Shown here in pieces: positions 34,622 through 47,118 of a stretch of DNA of 64,000 nt. Source of the stretch: Podospora anserina (lineage: Eukaryota); NCBI GenBank assembly GCA_017654855.1, contig CM030334.1:2542001-2606000 (forward strand), in the 5' to 3' direction. A model generated the notes under the pieces. It had not been told where the DNA came from and ran no database searches. It saw nothing but the letters and a program-made list of their open reading frames with translations. A program made the translations under genes and the position numbers. Numbering within the stretch: position 1 is the first letter of the stretch; every line of letters begins with the position of its first letter.

Positions 34622-37527
34622 CTAATTGCTCTCAACCTTTTGGCTCATGATGCCATTGATGCTGGCGCTGGTGGGTGTTCCATTCTTCATCTCAGCTGTC
34701 GCTGAACTGGGACCAGAAGCAGGCCCGGAGATGATGTCACCCTTTTTATCCTCTTCCTCACTGTCATCGTAGTCCTCATTGACATGCATTTTTCGGGCGG
34801 CGCGCTCGGGCTCATTCGCCGGGGGTGGGTGAGGGGCCGGAGGATGCGAATGCTCTATCCGCCTTTCCTCTTGCGCCGGGGGATAGTCTTTGTGGCTCGG
34901 TCCGGGCTGAGGACCAGGTCCATCGTGCATGATGCCCTGCATCGAGGACGGGCCCTGCTGCATTGGGGGCAGATGAGCAGGGACAGAATGTGACTGGGGA
35001 TGATGGGCAGCCTCAGATGGGTGATACCCTTCGTTGCCATGACGCTGCTCCTCCGCACGGCGAATCTCTTCAGCTCGTCTTTGTTCCTCTACGCGTCTGT
35101 GGTCCTCCATACGCCGCTCGTCGAACCGGTGGGCTTCCGATGAGTTGCGACGATACTCAGGGCGCGGAGGAGTAGAAGGGCGGCGGTGCCGCAGATCTTC
35201 CATGCGTCCGCGCGACTCCTCCGTGGCAGGCTTCTTAGACTCGCGATCATCCTCCCACTCACGCATGCGCTTGGGGCCAACCGAGGGAGGGCGTGGGTCA
35301 TGTTGCTCCCGGTGATGGGGACCGTCAAGAGGCATGCCTTGATGAGGAGGATGAGGGACACCAGGCTCAGGACCATTGGGTCCAGCCTGCTCAGACGGGT
35401 GCGGGGGGTAAGGAGGTTGATGCTGGGGATAGGCCGACTTTGGTGAAGGCATACGGTTGTCATGCATGGGGACCCGGCCGTCATTTCTCGGGCTATTGGT
35501 GCGGTATGGCATGAGAGGATTCGGGGCCCCTCCATTTGGAGGTGCGTTGCTCGGTTGAAGAACGGCGGCGGGTGCGTGTCCTCCATAGTTCGGATTTCGC
35601 ACACGCGGTGGAGGTCCAGCCATCTGGGGAGGAGGCGGCTGTTGCTGCTGGGGAGGGGGAGGAGGCGGGGGAGCTGCGTAGTGACCCGGGGGAGGCGAAG
35701 GACCACGCCTGTGCGGCTCCAGACCTCTGCTTGCCTCCTGGTACGGCCTCGGCTGCTGCTCCTGTCTCGGACTGGGCGGGCGTTGCATGGGAGGAGCTTG
35801 ACCCCGGAATTGCTCGCTTCGGTCGGAAGCATACGGGTTGGGGGGCTGCGGCGGAGGGTTGATCTCGGCCACACGGCCAGCCCACGAGTTGGGACCGCCC
35901 GGTCCAGCACCATTGTGCATCGGCTGTGGGGGTTGCGACTGCGGCGGCGGGCCGGAGCCAGCCCACTGAGGACCCGGAGGACCAACTGCACCTGCAGCCT
36001 GATAAGCTTGTGGGTGAACATCAGTGGGAGTTGGTGCCTGTCCGGGAGGGGCGCCGTTTTGTCCTCCACTTCGCAGGAGTTGCAATCGGCTCTTGACGTG
36101 CGGGTTGTTGGGATCCAACTCGGCAGCACGCTGGTACGCGTCAAGGGCGTCGGCAATCTGGTTGTTACACGATTCATACAGAGTACCCAGATCATACCAG
36201 ACCTCCGAGATGAACGGGTTGAGGCGGATGGCACGCGAATAAGCATCGAGCGCATCTCTATACTGGTTGATCTGGTAGTAAAGCACACCGATGGAACACC
36301 AGAAGGTGGGATTTCTCCCATCGCGGTATACGGCCTGCTGGTAGGCTTCGTATGCCTTCGGATACTTTTGCTGCTGCATATAGCACCGACCGAGAAGGTA
36401 CCAGCTCTGTGCATCCGAGTTGTCGGCTGCCACAGATTTCTCCAGGTACTCGATGGCCCTGTCTTGACTGGCAAAGCTTTGGCTTTGGTTGTGGTGTAGC
36501 CAGCCAAGTTGCTGGAGAACCTTGGCGTGGTTGGGATCCCGCTCAAGGACACGGTGATAGGCAGCCTTGGCGTTATCAAACTAGAACAAGGTCAATATCA
36601 CTGGCGGGTCAGACGTGATAGAGGCGAAACTCACGTCTTTCTGCTGCTCATGTACGTGTCCAATCTGGAACCAGATGTCTTCCTCTGTCAATGGAGCGGG
36701 AGGAGAGGTGACGATGTATCTGAAGCACTGCAGTAGATCATGTCAGTATTTGCAAAACGTCATGGAGAGTTCTGATGACCTACATCCAACGACTGGGTGT
36801 ATTTCTGCTGTTGTTTGTAGATTATGCCCAGGCGGAAGTAAATCTCATGGGCCTTGTCGAACTGCGGGTCCATCGCCATGACTTCGGCAAATGCCTCCTC
36901 GGCATGCTCCAACGAGCCATATCGATCATAGAGAATACCGATGCCGTACCACAGGCGTGGTTCTTTGGGATTGGGCAATTTCAGCAGGGCATTTTGGTAA
37001 GCCTGGTATGCCTGTTGAAGGTCGTCCATCATGAGGTAACAATGACCTGTAGAGATAGTTGTCAGTCTTTGTAGCACCGAAATTGACTGTGTGGGTTGGC
37101 GTACCTAAACTGCCCCAGGCCTCGCCATTGTTCCCATCAAGCTTGATGATTGCGTGTAGATATTCCGCCGCCTTGGGGAAGTTCTCCTGCGTCCTCAGGA
37201 CGACACTGAGGGCGTTCAAGGCATTGATGGAGTTTGGATTGGCTGTGAGAGCTCTTTCATAGCATGTCATCGCTTCTTCCAGATTTCCCATGCGTTCAGC
37301 CAAATTACCTGCAGCTTCGTCAGTACTCATGCGTCGCGTGACAACCAGTCTCAGCAGTGTTGAGTGGACATACCAAGCTGGATCCACACCACCTCGTTCA
37401 TTTGTAACAAGGTCGATGTCTGACGCGATGCCGCAAGAGGGGGAGGCGGGCCGGGAGGTCCAACTGCGCCAGGAGGGGGATGATGGATCCGCATCTGCAT
37501 CGGAGGGGAAGGGTGATGGTTCGCCAT
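34622..37527 (-). CDS. CYC8: General transcriptional co-repressor CYC8/SSN6 (RCM-1-like), TPR protein, 5 exons (about 37527-37374, 37308-37105, 37046-36784, 36727-36635, 36580-34622)
   Basis: TPRs: EAWGSLGHCYLMMDDLQQAYQAYQNAL, PRLWYGIGILYDRYGSLEHAEEAF, AQSWYLLGRCYM, RNPTFWCSIGVLYYQINQYRDALDAYSRAIRLNP. The tail is Pro/Gln-rich and ends near RKMHVNEDYDD. Confidence 0.95.
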
Positions 37528-38636
37528 GTTGCGTTATAATGTTGTTGTGCTTTGAGGCAGATGGAGATGGGCCACCGGGAAGGTTGGCTGACTTGGGAGT
37601 TCGATGCACGTGGAAGGGGGTAACAGTGGCGGGCGTTGTCAGGTACCACTACGACCAAAAAACAAGCTTTGGATTAAGCATAGACGCCTCTTTCCATCAA
37701 GCTAGCTACCCAGGGAGTTATGGGTGGCGCCGTTGAGACAGCAAAATACGTGTCGTCGCGCTGACACGAGATGGTGGAGGGAGCTGCTGGTTTGGGAGTC
37801 ACGGCGACGGCGGATAGCTCCAAAAGCTGGGCGTCGGCTCGCCAATTTCACTCAGGCGACAGGTAAAGTGGAACAATTGTAAAAGGGAGGCGCGAGGTCG
37901 GGGGTGGTGGTGGTGGTGAAAAACAAGACGTGAAGCAAACGGAGATGATAGAGAGCAACTGGAAGGGATTGGTGGAAGCACTCGGCCCAGGTCAGTTGAG
38001 AGGCCGAAAGGGGGGAAAGAAGGGAAAGAGAACAGAAGCCCGGGAAGAAATCTCGGGATGGGAAGAGTACGACTTGGTTTCGCAGCGGCAACTCCCCCAA
38101 CCCATGCCAAGCCCTGCCCAGAGAAGCGAGTGGAGGGATGGCCCTTTGGCTGTTCCGCTCATGTCTTGCAGCACGAGGGTGGGCAAGTCGCGCCAGGTTC
38201 CCGACAGGTCCCTGGTACCAGCATGCCGAAGCTGTGCTGTGGGAGCCTCTACCCGCCACTTAAAAATTTAGTGCCGTATCGCTAAACAGACCAAGGACCA
38301 CGCCGAAACAGGCATCACTTGTTATCTCTCCAGTTCCAGTTTGGATTTTCCAATTTTGCTCCGATTCCATTCCATCTCTTTTTCTTGTCATCGAGGCCCT
38401 GGGACGCGGACCAAATGACGAACCTCGATAGGTCCAGCTGCGCGATATCGGGAAATAATTTAACAATGGCGACAAACAATCGGCTGTTCTTTGTTGGATG
38501 AAACGGATCACTGAGCGACACAAGATGACAGAACAAGATGGCATTTGGGTCGATGATTTCATGCACGACGCGTGGGCTCGGTCCCGCCGCTCCAAGGCAT
38601 CACCAGGTAACGAGCGTTTCATCCCATATTTTCCCC

Positions 38637-38670
38637 GTGTGTGTGTATGTGTGTGTGTGTGTGTGTGTGT
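38637..38670. repeat. (GT)n microsatellite
   Basis: gtgtgtgtgtatgtgtgtgtgtgtgtgtgtgtgt. Confidence 0.9.
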
Positions 38671-41600
38671 CTCGGTGGCGGTGCCTGTCCAAACAAGTTT
38701 CTCGTAGAATGTGTGCTGTGTGGTTCCTCAGCCTGATGGCGGCTGATGTGCTTCCCCAGGGCCGCATCCCCAAGGGTTCGAACAGGTACCGGGTACTTGG
38801 TCGGTACGTCGGTGGCCGAACACCAACCTCTCCTCCAGGGGAGGGCGTTTCCGGAGGAAGCGGCTACGCCATTTCGTTTTGGAGAGTGGATACCGCAGAA
38901 CTGTGGCGACGGTGCAACGAGCCGGCCGGCCCTCCACCATGCGTCCCGCCCGCATCTCAGCAACCAGACAGACAGGGGGGCCCCACACCCACTCTCCCGT
39001 GCCCACTGTCCACCACCACTCCACCACAAACCACAGCCAGCCAGCCAGCCAAGAGCAAGCGGCAGCCAGCGAGCCACCAGCCAGCCCGTCACCAACGATG
39101 CGACGCAGAACCCTATCGCCCCAAATGAGCTGGTCCGCCGTAATTGGAGCTCGATAAATCATCGGAAAATAACTGCGCCTGCCATGCACCGTGACTGCAA
39201 GCCTGTTTCTCGCTTGTACAGGACGGGAGCAATCTCGAGCCGTCAGCTCTTATTATCCCCTCCTCTTGGGGAACACGATCATGCTGTCATTCTCGCCTCG
39301 GTACCTATCCAGCCACACAGTGATAAAGACAGCATGATCGCCGATATATAAATGATTTCCCTGGTCGATGAAACGGCTGGTGAATACGCCGAGAGACGGG
39401 AATATCTATCTCGGAGGATCTTCTGTTCACAAATGCTACCTTGAGGAGAACAGGTTGCAGTTGGCATCTCTCGCTCACCACAGCACCTACATTAGACCAA
39501 GCAGGCGGCTTGGTCCTGGATGCGATTCAGGCACTCCCAAAAGCCGGCAATAATGTCTTCGTGTAAGGCATATAGACCTCGGAACTTCAACGGTGAGGCG
39601 CACCGCAAACCGGCCATTGATGCATCCTGTAGGTGATTTTGATGGAGTTGTGAGCAGCGCCCCTTGGGCGCTTTGGGATTAGAAAGTCCGGTAGACCGTT
39701 GAAATCCTAAAGTTGACATTAAAAATACCCTTGATGTAGGAATTGAGGCTCGAGTGGGGCATCAACAGGGCGTACCTTTCTTTGTAAACCTTTTCGGAGT
39801 CTTGACAACTCGCACTACCCACGCATAAACTTTCGGAGAGTCAATCTGATTTGATCTCTGCCCAGCGTTTTTTTTTGTTTTTTTTTGGGAGCCTTCCAGA
39901 AGGAAGAAAAGACACACATGCCCCGTCCGTGTTTCAGTGTCAGCATGACGCTGAAATCACCGTATGGTCAAACGCCATCGACGAAACCCCCAGGCACCCT
40001 GCTGAGCGAAGAGAGATATATCCAGAATTTTTGAACTCGAATCTTTGAGTACCTTTCCAACTTGGATAGAGGGAAAGCCCCGACGGAAAGCCGATCACGT
40101 CCCCCCTTCTTTCTTCCAAGTTGCCCGAAGGTGGACGCATCGACCGAGGGGACCCAAGAAACGGTCATCGGCAGCCCCTTGCCCCTCTCTGCCCCTCACC
40201 GGCTGCGCGCACGTTCCACGGGCAAGAATAGAAGGCAGAAGAGGGTTATGTAAGGTAAGGGCGAGAGGGTGACTCCCCGTAGTGCCAGCCGCTACTGCAG
40301 TTTTAGGCAACCCGCACCATGCACATGGGTTGGGCAACATATCATTTAGGTGGCAGTTGAGATGGATGAGCTCTCGGGGTTATTTAGGTGTGTCAGGCAG
40401 GCAGGCTCGAACCTGCCACCAGCGACTCGCGGGCATCCGGCGTTCTTCCAGTCTCGATCTGGATCTGATCTGACCTGATCGATGGGTTAATGGTGCGAGT
40501 TGGAAAGTGGACGCAGCATAAAACGACGTTTCGTTTTGATCCAGTCAACACGCCCCCTCTCCCCCATTATCCTTGTTCTCCGTACCTAACCCACCTCGTT
40601 TCAAGCTCGCTCGAAAGACATAACTACAAGCAATCGTCCCGTTGATGGCATATCAGATCCCAGTTACAGACAGTAAGAGATCTAGTTCCCCGCTACCTAA
40701 ACAGATATAAGGTACGTCTGACATTGACACAGGCTGTTTCACGTCGATAAGCAAACGGGGCAGTGCCGCATGCCAGCCATCCTTCAGCCTACATATAACA
40801 AGCAGCACCTATCCAACTGCCTGCCGTGCCTCTTTTCGAAAGGAACAGTGCCAAGCCCTCTGGGTTGGGTAATAAGCGGTCTATTCAACTGGGTCAACTT
40901 ATCAGGTCCATACTTTTCTGTCTCACCAAGGCACAGCTCGGTCTCGATTGCGGCACTGTCCGACCTCACTGGAATTATTCAACAGTGGAAAAATGATCCT
41001 AAACGAGACACCTAGGTGAAGCCTGCCCTCCAAGAAAGCAAAAGTCTGGCACACGGTGATTACACAAGAGAGCCCCATAACAGCAGCACGTGTTGGGACC
41101 TACCTCTTACAGGAGGACAAGAACTGACGCTGTGATCACCAACTAGAAAGCTGCAACATGCACGAATATGCAGGCCCGGCTCAACTCGTAGTGGCATCTT
41201 TTCGTTTGCCATTTGCCCGCTACTGTTGCAGAAGAGTCGAATGAGATGTGCCTCCAAAAGCAAAATCAAGAAGCAAAGATGTGGCTTATCAGCTGTTGGT
41301 GAGCCGAGAGAGAGTAACCCGCCGGTCCCTTGGGGTCGATCCCGACACAGCATATTTTGGTGCTGACAGGCTGACACCCGTGGCTGGATGGGGGTGGAAG
41401 CCGGTGTGAAAGGCGGCGGTTGTGCGCAAAGACTGAAGATCTCTTCTGGGATTCGAAGATGGAAGGTCCGATGTGCCCGATTTGCTGCATTCCCTGGGCT
41501 GGGGGGGGGGGGTTGGGATACTTATCTCATTACTCACCTGCCCGCTCGCTCACCGATTTCACCATCCTTCATTTACCACTTTTCCCCCCGGTTGACGCTC

Positions 41601-44600
41601 CTGCCGGTGAGGTTGCTCAACTCATCACACACTTTTCTGCAGTGATGGGTGGGTGTGTCTGAGGAGGGTGGGCAGACACCAGGGCAGAGACAGGGGGGTC
41701 CGAATGGATGCAACGGGGAAATGTCTCTCTTGGAACCATCCGCGAGTGTGGGTCGGTGGCACCCCAGCTTTTTCCTTTTCCTCTTCTCCCTGGGCAGGGT
41801 CCCGCTTTCCATTTTCACGTCTTGCGGAGAATGTTAGGTAAGCGTAATATCGGGCTGGTCTCGAATTACGGGTAGTCTAAACCATTTAAAGAAATCAACT
41901 TGCTTAAATGCGTGATTCTCTTTTGGCCAATTACTGTCATATCACGTGATCTGTAGGTGTACGAGTCGGCACACGCAGCCATATCGAGGGGGGAAAGCTC
42001 TAAAAAGAGACAAAGAAACCGTCGAGGGCTACCCGGGGCGGCAGGCTCAAATCATGCCGTGCTCCCTCCACAGAACGGGCGCATACATTATGATAGCGTC
42101 GTCGTCGTCGGCTTGTGGGACATGACTGTGCACCCCCCCTGCTGTGCCTGTACCGTGGTAGCAATGTTGCAGCTTTTGCTTGCTTGTTCTTTCCCGTTGC
42201 GGTGGCAGATGGAGGCATTTTTCTCGGTGGTTTTGTTATTCTTTTGATTTAGCATTTTTCGCTTATTATGCAGTGGTATTTATCTTGCTCACTTTCCTTC
42301 TCCCGGTTCGAAGAAACGTCCACGCCAACAACTGCCCTTCTCGCTCCTCGCTTGTTGTCTCCTTTCCCCACCCCCCACCACCACGGGCGGTTCAGGCTGT
42401 GACATGACGATGGCCCGGCATTTTTATATGTATTTTTTTTCCAACCTTACCGTATCCGACCAGCCGCCGAACCTGCATTTGACCAAAGGAAAATGCAGAC
42501 GCATCATGTGTCAGATGCGTTGGCCTTTTTTCTTTCCATGCAGAGCAGCAGCTTCTGGTTACGCACCTCTCGGTTGGGTCTTGGCGCGCGTTTTTGCACC
42601 ATTTCCAGAATCTGTCTCGATCAAAATCGGGGGCCCATGTTGGTTGGGCAGGGGGGTTTTGAAATGAACCACGACCAGAAAGACGCCCCCCGAGTTCCAA
42701 CCCATCGAGTGTGGAAAATGAAGGAAGTTTTTGTGCTGTCGATATCGTGGACTGAGGTAACATTTACCAGAAAGGAGGACAGATCACCCTCGTTTCATTA
42801 GTTATGCGGGCGGTGTGCATGCATTAACAACAGAAAACCTTGTGTCATCAACCCCAGCTGCCGAGACTTGGCCCCCCGTTCCTCAGGTTGCCCCCCTCTC
42901 TTCCCGCAGACACGTGAAGTGGTGAGGGCCCGAATCGGCTTTTTCTGGGGTTGGGGTTAGAAGTTAGTGCAGCGTTAGCCCGGGCGTTTTTCTTTCTTAC
43001 CCCTCTTATTTTCGTTGTCTTCGCTGCGTGCCAAGAGAATGCCCAGAAGGCTTGATCGTGGGTAGTCAGTTGTCAGCATTTTGGGGAAGAGGAAAGACAA
43101 GAGATAATGGGTGGGTGGTGGGTGGATTATTCGTTGCTAGAGCCGACAGGTTGACAACTCATCATTCACTGCCTCCTTTTTGGTTGGGAATTTGAAGGAT
43201 GGGATGGAAAACCGCCCCTTCCCCCCCGCGGTTCGTCTTGTTCCCTCTCTCACCGCCGTCGCAGCGCATGATCATCGTTGATCATGGGCTTCCAGCTCCT
43301 GCACTGGAACTCTTCGTCTGGTGTGCGTGGTGGAGTTGAAAGGTCCCTGACGTAGGTAGGTACCCTACACACCGAGTAGGGTTGGGCGATCTTATCAGGT
43401 GCCAGATAAGTTATCGCCCATCTCATCATCAGGACGGTCGGTTGTCTATAACACCCGCTGGTGGTAAGGGGGGTGGGCCTTCTTTTCGAGATATTAATGA
43501 ACCTCTCCCCAGAAACTCACGAACCATCACATCACCGCCGCCAGATGTGAAGCAAGGGTTCACAACAGCAGCGTCACGAACGGGGGCCCCACAGAAAACT
43601 GGCCGTGCCGCCGGGGAGAAGGAAGGTGCCCGGTAGAAGCGTGTGAGATCGAATCGTTCGGCGGAGAGCGCGGCCCATCTCAAACAAGCCAGGCCCATTT
43701 TTATTTTTTTATCTCCTTCCTACCGGCGGCATGGGCACGGTTTTTTTGTTGGTGGATGCACACACCCTTCATTTCGTTAGTGCAGCCCCGCTTTTTGGGG
43801 GCGTGTGGGTGGGGGTGGATTGATTTTGACGACTTTTTGATTGATCTTCTTTTTTCCCCGGCTTGGCTTCTGGCTTGATATGGGAGGTGTGGATTCACCT
43901 CACCTTGGGGAACTCACCGAGGTGAGAGATAAGGGGGAAAGGGACGGATGGATGTGTACGACGATGGCACTGGAACAACAACGGGAACGGAGATGACGAT
44001 GGTCTGGATCAAATGTGAGAGAGGTTTGGTTGCCGAAACTCGAAGATGGGATTTGGTATGTATGGAACGGTGATACAGGGCATGTGCTATGCAACGCACG
44101 GGTTTTGTTTCTCTTTACAAGAGTTTCTTTTTTGTTGCTTGTTACACAGAGAGGAAATGCAGGGTGTCATATGGGGTTGGATGTTGGTTGCTCCCTTTTG
44201 TTCACCGGAAACCGCTCCCTCGAGGGTTGACTGCCATGTCAGCAGCTTGAGGAGTAGGGGTTGTGTGACGGGCAAGTGGAACGGGGAAAAGGCTTGTCTT
44301 TTTGGTCCGTTGACACAGGTGACAGACAGACTGGATGTCACGAGTGTGATGGGGTATGCGTGCTACGGTATGATATCCGAAATAGATGCCGTGTGCTGCT
44401 TGTTTGTGGCTCGAAGATTTAGTTTCAGCGCTGTCTTTCGGTTGGTGATTTGGTGTCTCAGTGCCACTGTCATACTGTCATACGCGGATTTTGCCTCTCT
44501 CCGGCGATGGGGCCAACCTACCCAGGTAGGTTCTGAAAGTAATGATAATTAAGATAAATATAAGCATCTTGCCCTAGATCACTATTTCGTTAAGCCTCCT

Positions 44601-45930
44601 GCTGAGTGAAGATCCATCTTTAGTCCATGGACACCATTACCGTACATATCAACACCTCAGTCCCGAGTCTAACCGACTCAGTGGACCAACAACACATGTT
44701 CTTTGCTGTCACGTCAGGACGTGTGAAACTCGCACATCGATCAATGTTCCCGAGGCGGTTCTACACCCATAGCACAGCCATGACCTGAAGCTAGAGTCTC
44801 GGAAAAAGATTCCTTAAACTTGACCAAGAAGCATTCGAAAAGGGATCTTTATCCATGAAGTTTAGGTTGTTCTACAAGCACAAGCTCACACTCCATGGTG
44901 GAATGTGACAGGTAAACCGCCTGCCACCTGTTACTAGGGGCAACACCACATCAAATTACCGAACAACAGTGACACCCTACAAAGACTAACCACACTCGCC
45001 CGTTCTTGTGATTATCTCCCTACCCAACAAGGCAAATAAAACACCATGTATAAGACGCGGCCAGCATATCAGGCCAGCACCCCCAACCCACGTTCTCCCA
45101 TCTGCCCGAATCCTCACCAGCCGGACAGTTTCCTTCTGCACCTCCCCATCCATCGATCTGATCCGTAGCATTAAACGGCGCGGCCTTCCCACCAAGCCTA
45201 CCTACCTAGCCAGATCTAACCAGGTTGACTTGACCCTTCCGGCCAGCCCAGCAGCCGGCCGAAACCTACAAGGCCACACGCAACCCCTCCAGGGCCGCAG
45301 CAACCATGATGTCATTGGCCGCTAGGCCGTCAAGCAGGCCGGTAGGAAGCGATCGGGTGTGGTTTGTTTGTGAGCTTGACAAGCCAGGATGCAGTAGCTT
45401 GCCGTGATCAAGCAGTGTGCTTGTTCGGAGATGTGTAGATATACTGGATATGCCCCCGCCGCAATGTGTTATTGTTGTTTTTGAGATATCGTAAGAAGTG
45501 AGAGACTAAGACAGGCTCTCCGCCGCTTGCAACGACAACTTATGGTTGTTGCTGTTCACGATAGTTACCAAGTGTCAAAAAGCCCAGGCGAAACACAGGG
45601 TATGGGATCTTCCAAGTTTGTCAACAGCATATAGTACAGTCATCCCTCCGTTATATGAATAATAACAACTACGAAAGCTGACAAGGTATTTCCTCCTACC
45701 TACCGCCCAATTCCGTTTCTTTGATAAACCTCCAACTCCATGAACCATAAAAAGATCTTCTGTTCGCTCCGTTGGCTTACAAAAAAAAAGATGCGAATAA
45801 AATTAAGGGGGTAGTAATCAGTCATTAAAACGTTTCCAACCTCCTTTTTGCCCTTCTCCTCCATCATCACCTCCACTTTCTATCTTCTCTCCGGTATTCA
45901 TAACTTCTCACTATAGTGCTTATAACCACT

Positions 45931-47118
45931 CTATTTGTGGTCATCTCCATCAGGGTTATACGATGTCTCCCCCAGCATCTCTCCTCCACCCTGCACCGTC
46001 ATGGTCTTTTGCGCTCCAGCTTGCGGTTGGCTCTGTACTGTTGGTCCCGTCGCCGAGGGAATAGGAGGAACAACCGCTGGTGGAGGCGGTGCGTTCGACG
46101 CCCTGGCCGCCGCATTCGCCGTGGCAGCGTGTAGTCGCTGATCAAGCGCCTTCAACGCCAGAGCTCTCCTCCTTTCAGCTTCGGCGCGAGCACTACCCGG
46201 CACACCGCGCTGAGCAAAGTTGTGGTGGTGGTGGTCTCCCCGGGCGGCTGATACATCAGCAGCGCTGAAGGGTGTGCAAAGGCGCATAGCAACGAGGACG
46301 TTGAACACTTGATCTGAGATGCTCGAGGCCAGAGGCCGGACGGGGCCGGGGAAGAACTGGGCGAACGCAAAAGTCTCACTGGCGTCGCCGCGGAGGTGGG
46401 CGGGTTGCGATGCATCGAGATCGGGGAAGACGGGCTTGTAGAAGCGGAGGTAGGTCCAGCTTACGATGAGGCCATAGATGGCGAGGAGGAACGAAGCGGC
46501 GGTGAGCATCGGGGTGAGGCAGAGGAGGGTGACGAGGCCGATGTAAAGGAGGGGAAATCGAGGTACCCGCAGGGAGAGGATGCCCCTGAAGAGGGTTACG
46601 GTGTGTGCGGGGACAAGCTGGCTGAAGGCGACGAGGAAGGAGATCTGGATGGGGATGGTTCCGGCGATAGTCATGAGCCTGTGTAGAGGTGGTTAGCCTT
46701 TGGTCATGCGTTTTGGTATAGCCGCTCAAGTGGTAACATACGTCCACCCCTCATTTCTTGTCAGGGCAAAGAAGAAGATGGTGGTAGCAAAGACCAAGGC
46801 ATTTGGCACAAGGGAAACGATGAGCAGGAACTTGGCAAGCTCCCGGCCTGACCAGGCACGTTCGAGGTAGCGGCCGCCATGGTAGAGTGTGAAGCCGGCA
46901 ATGCTCAGGGTGAAGATGTTGCTCTCGACTAGTGTCGTCGTCAAAAAGGTCCAGGGGTAGACCAGTGATAGCTGTGGGATCAGGTTCAGATATGGGATAA
47001 CGATTTCAGAGTTGGCCGTCCATTGTCGGTATCGTATAGCGGCGCTCAGCACTGACTGGACAAGCAGCACGATGAGGCAGATGCGCGTTACTGGCGGGAT
47101 GTTTATTCGGGGCGGCAT
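45931..47118 (-). CDS. TMEM115/DUF1751 rhomboid-like integral membrane protein, 2 exons (47118-46742, 46678-45931)
   Basis: MPPRINIPPVTR, YPWTFLTTTLVESNIF, GRYLERAWS, LVAFSQLVPAHTV, SWTYLRFYK, GDASETFAFAQFFP and AEAERRRALALKALDQRL. Confidence 0.9.

Noticed and set aside
35089..36579. Long alternative-frame and antisense ORFs (496 aa and 345 aa) over CYC8
   Set aside because: Expected by-products of GC-rich, Pro-rich coding sequence; no domain signal.
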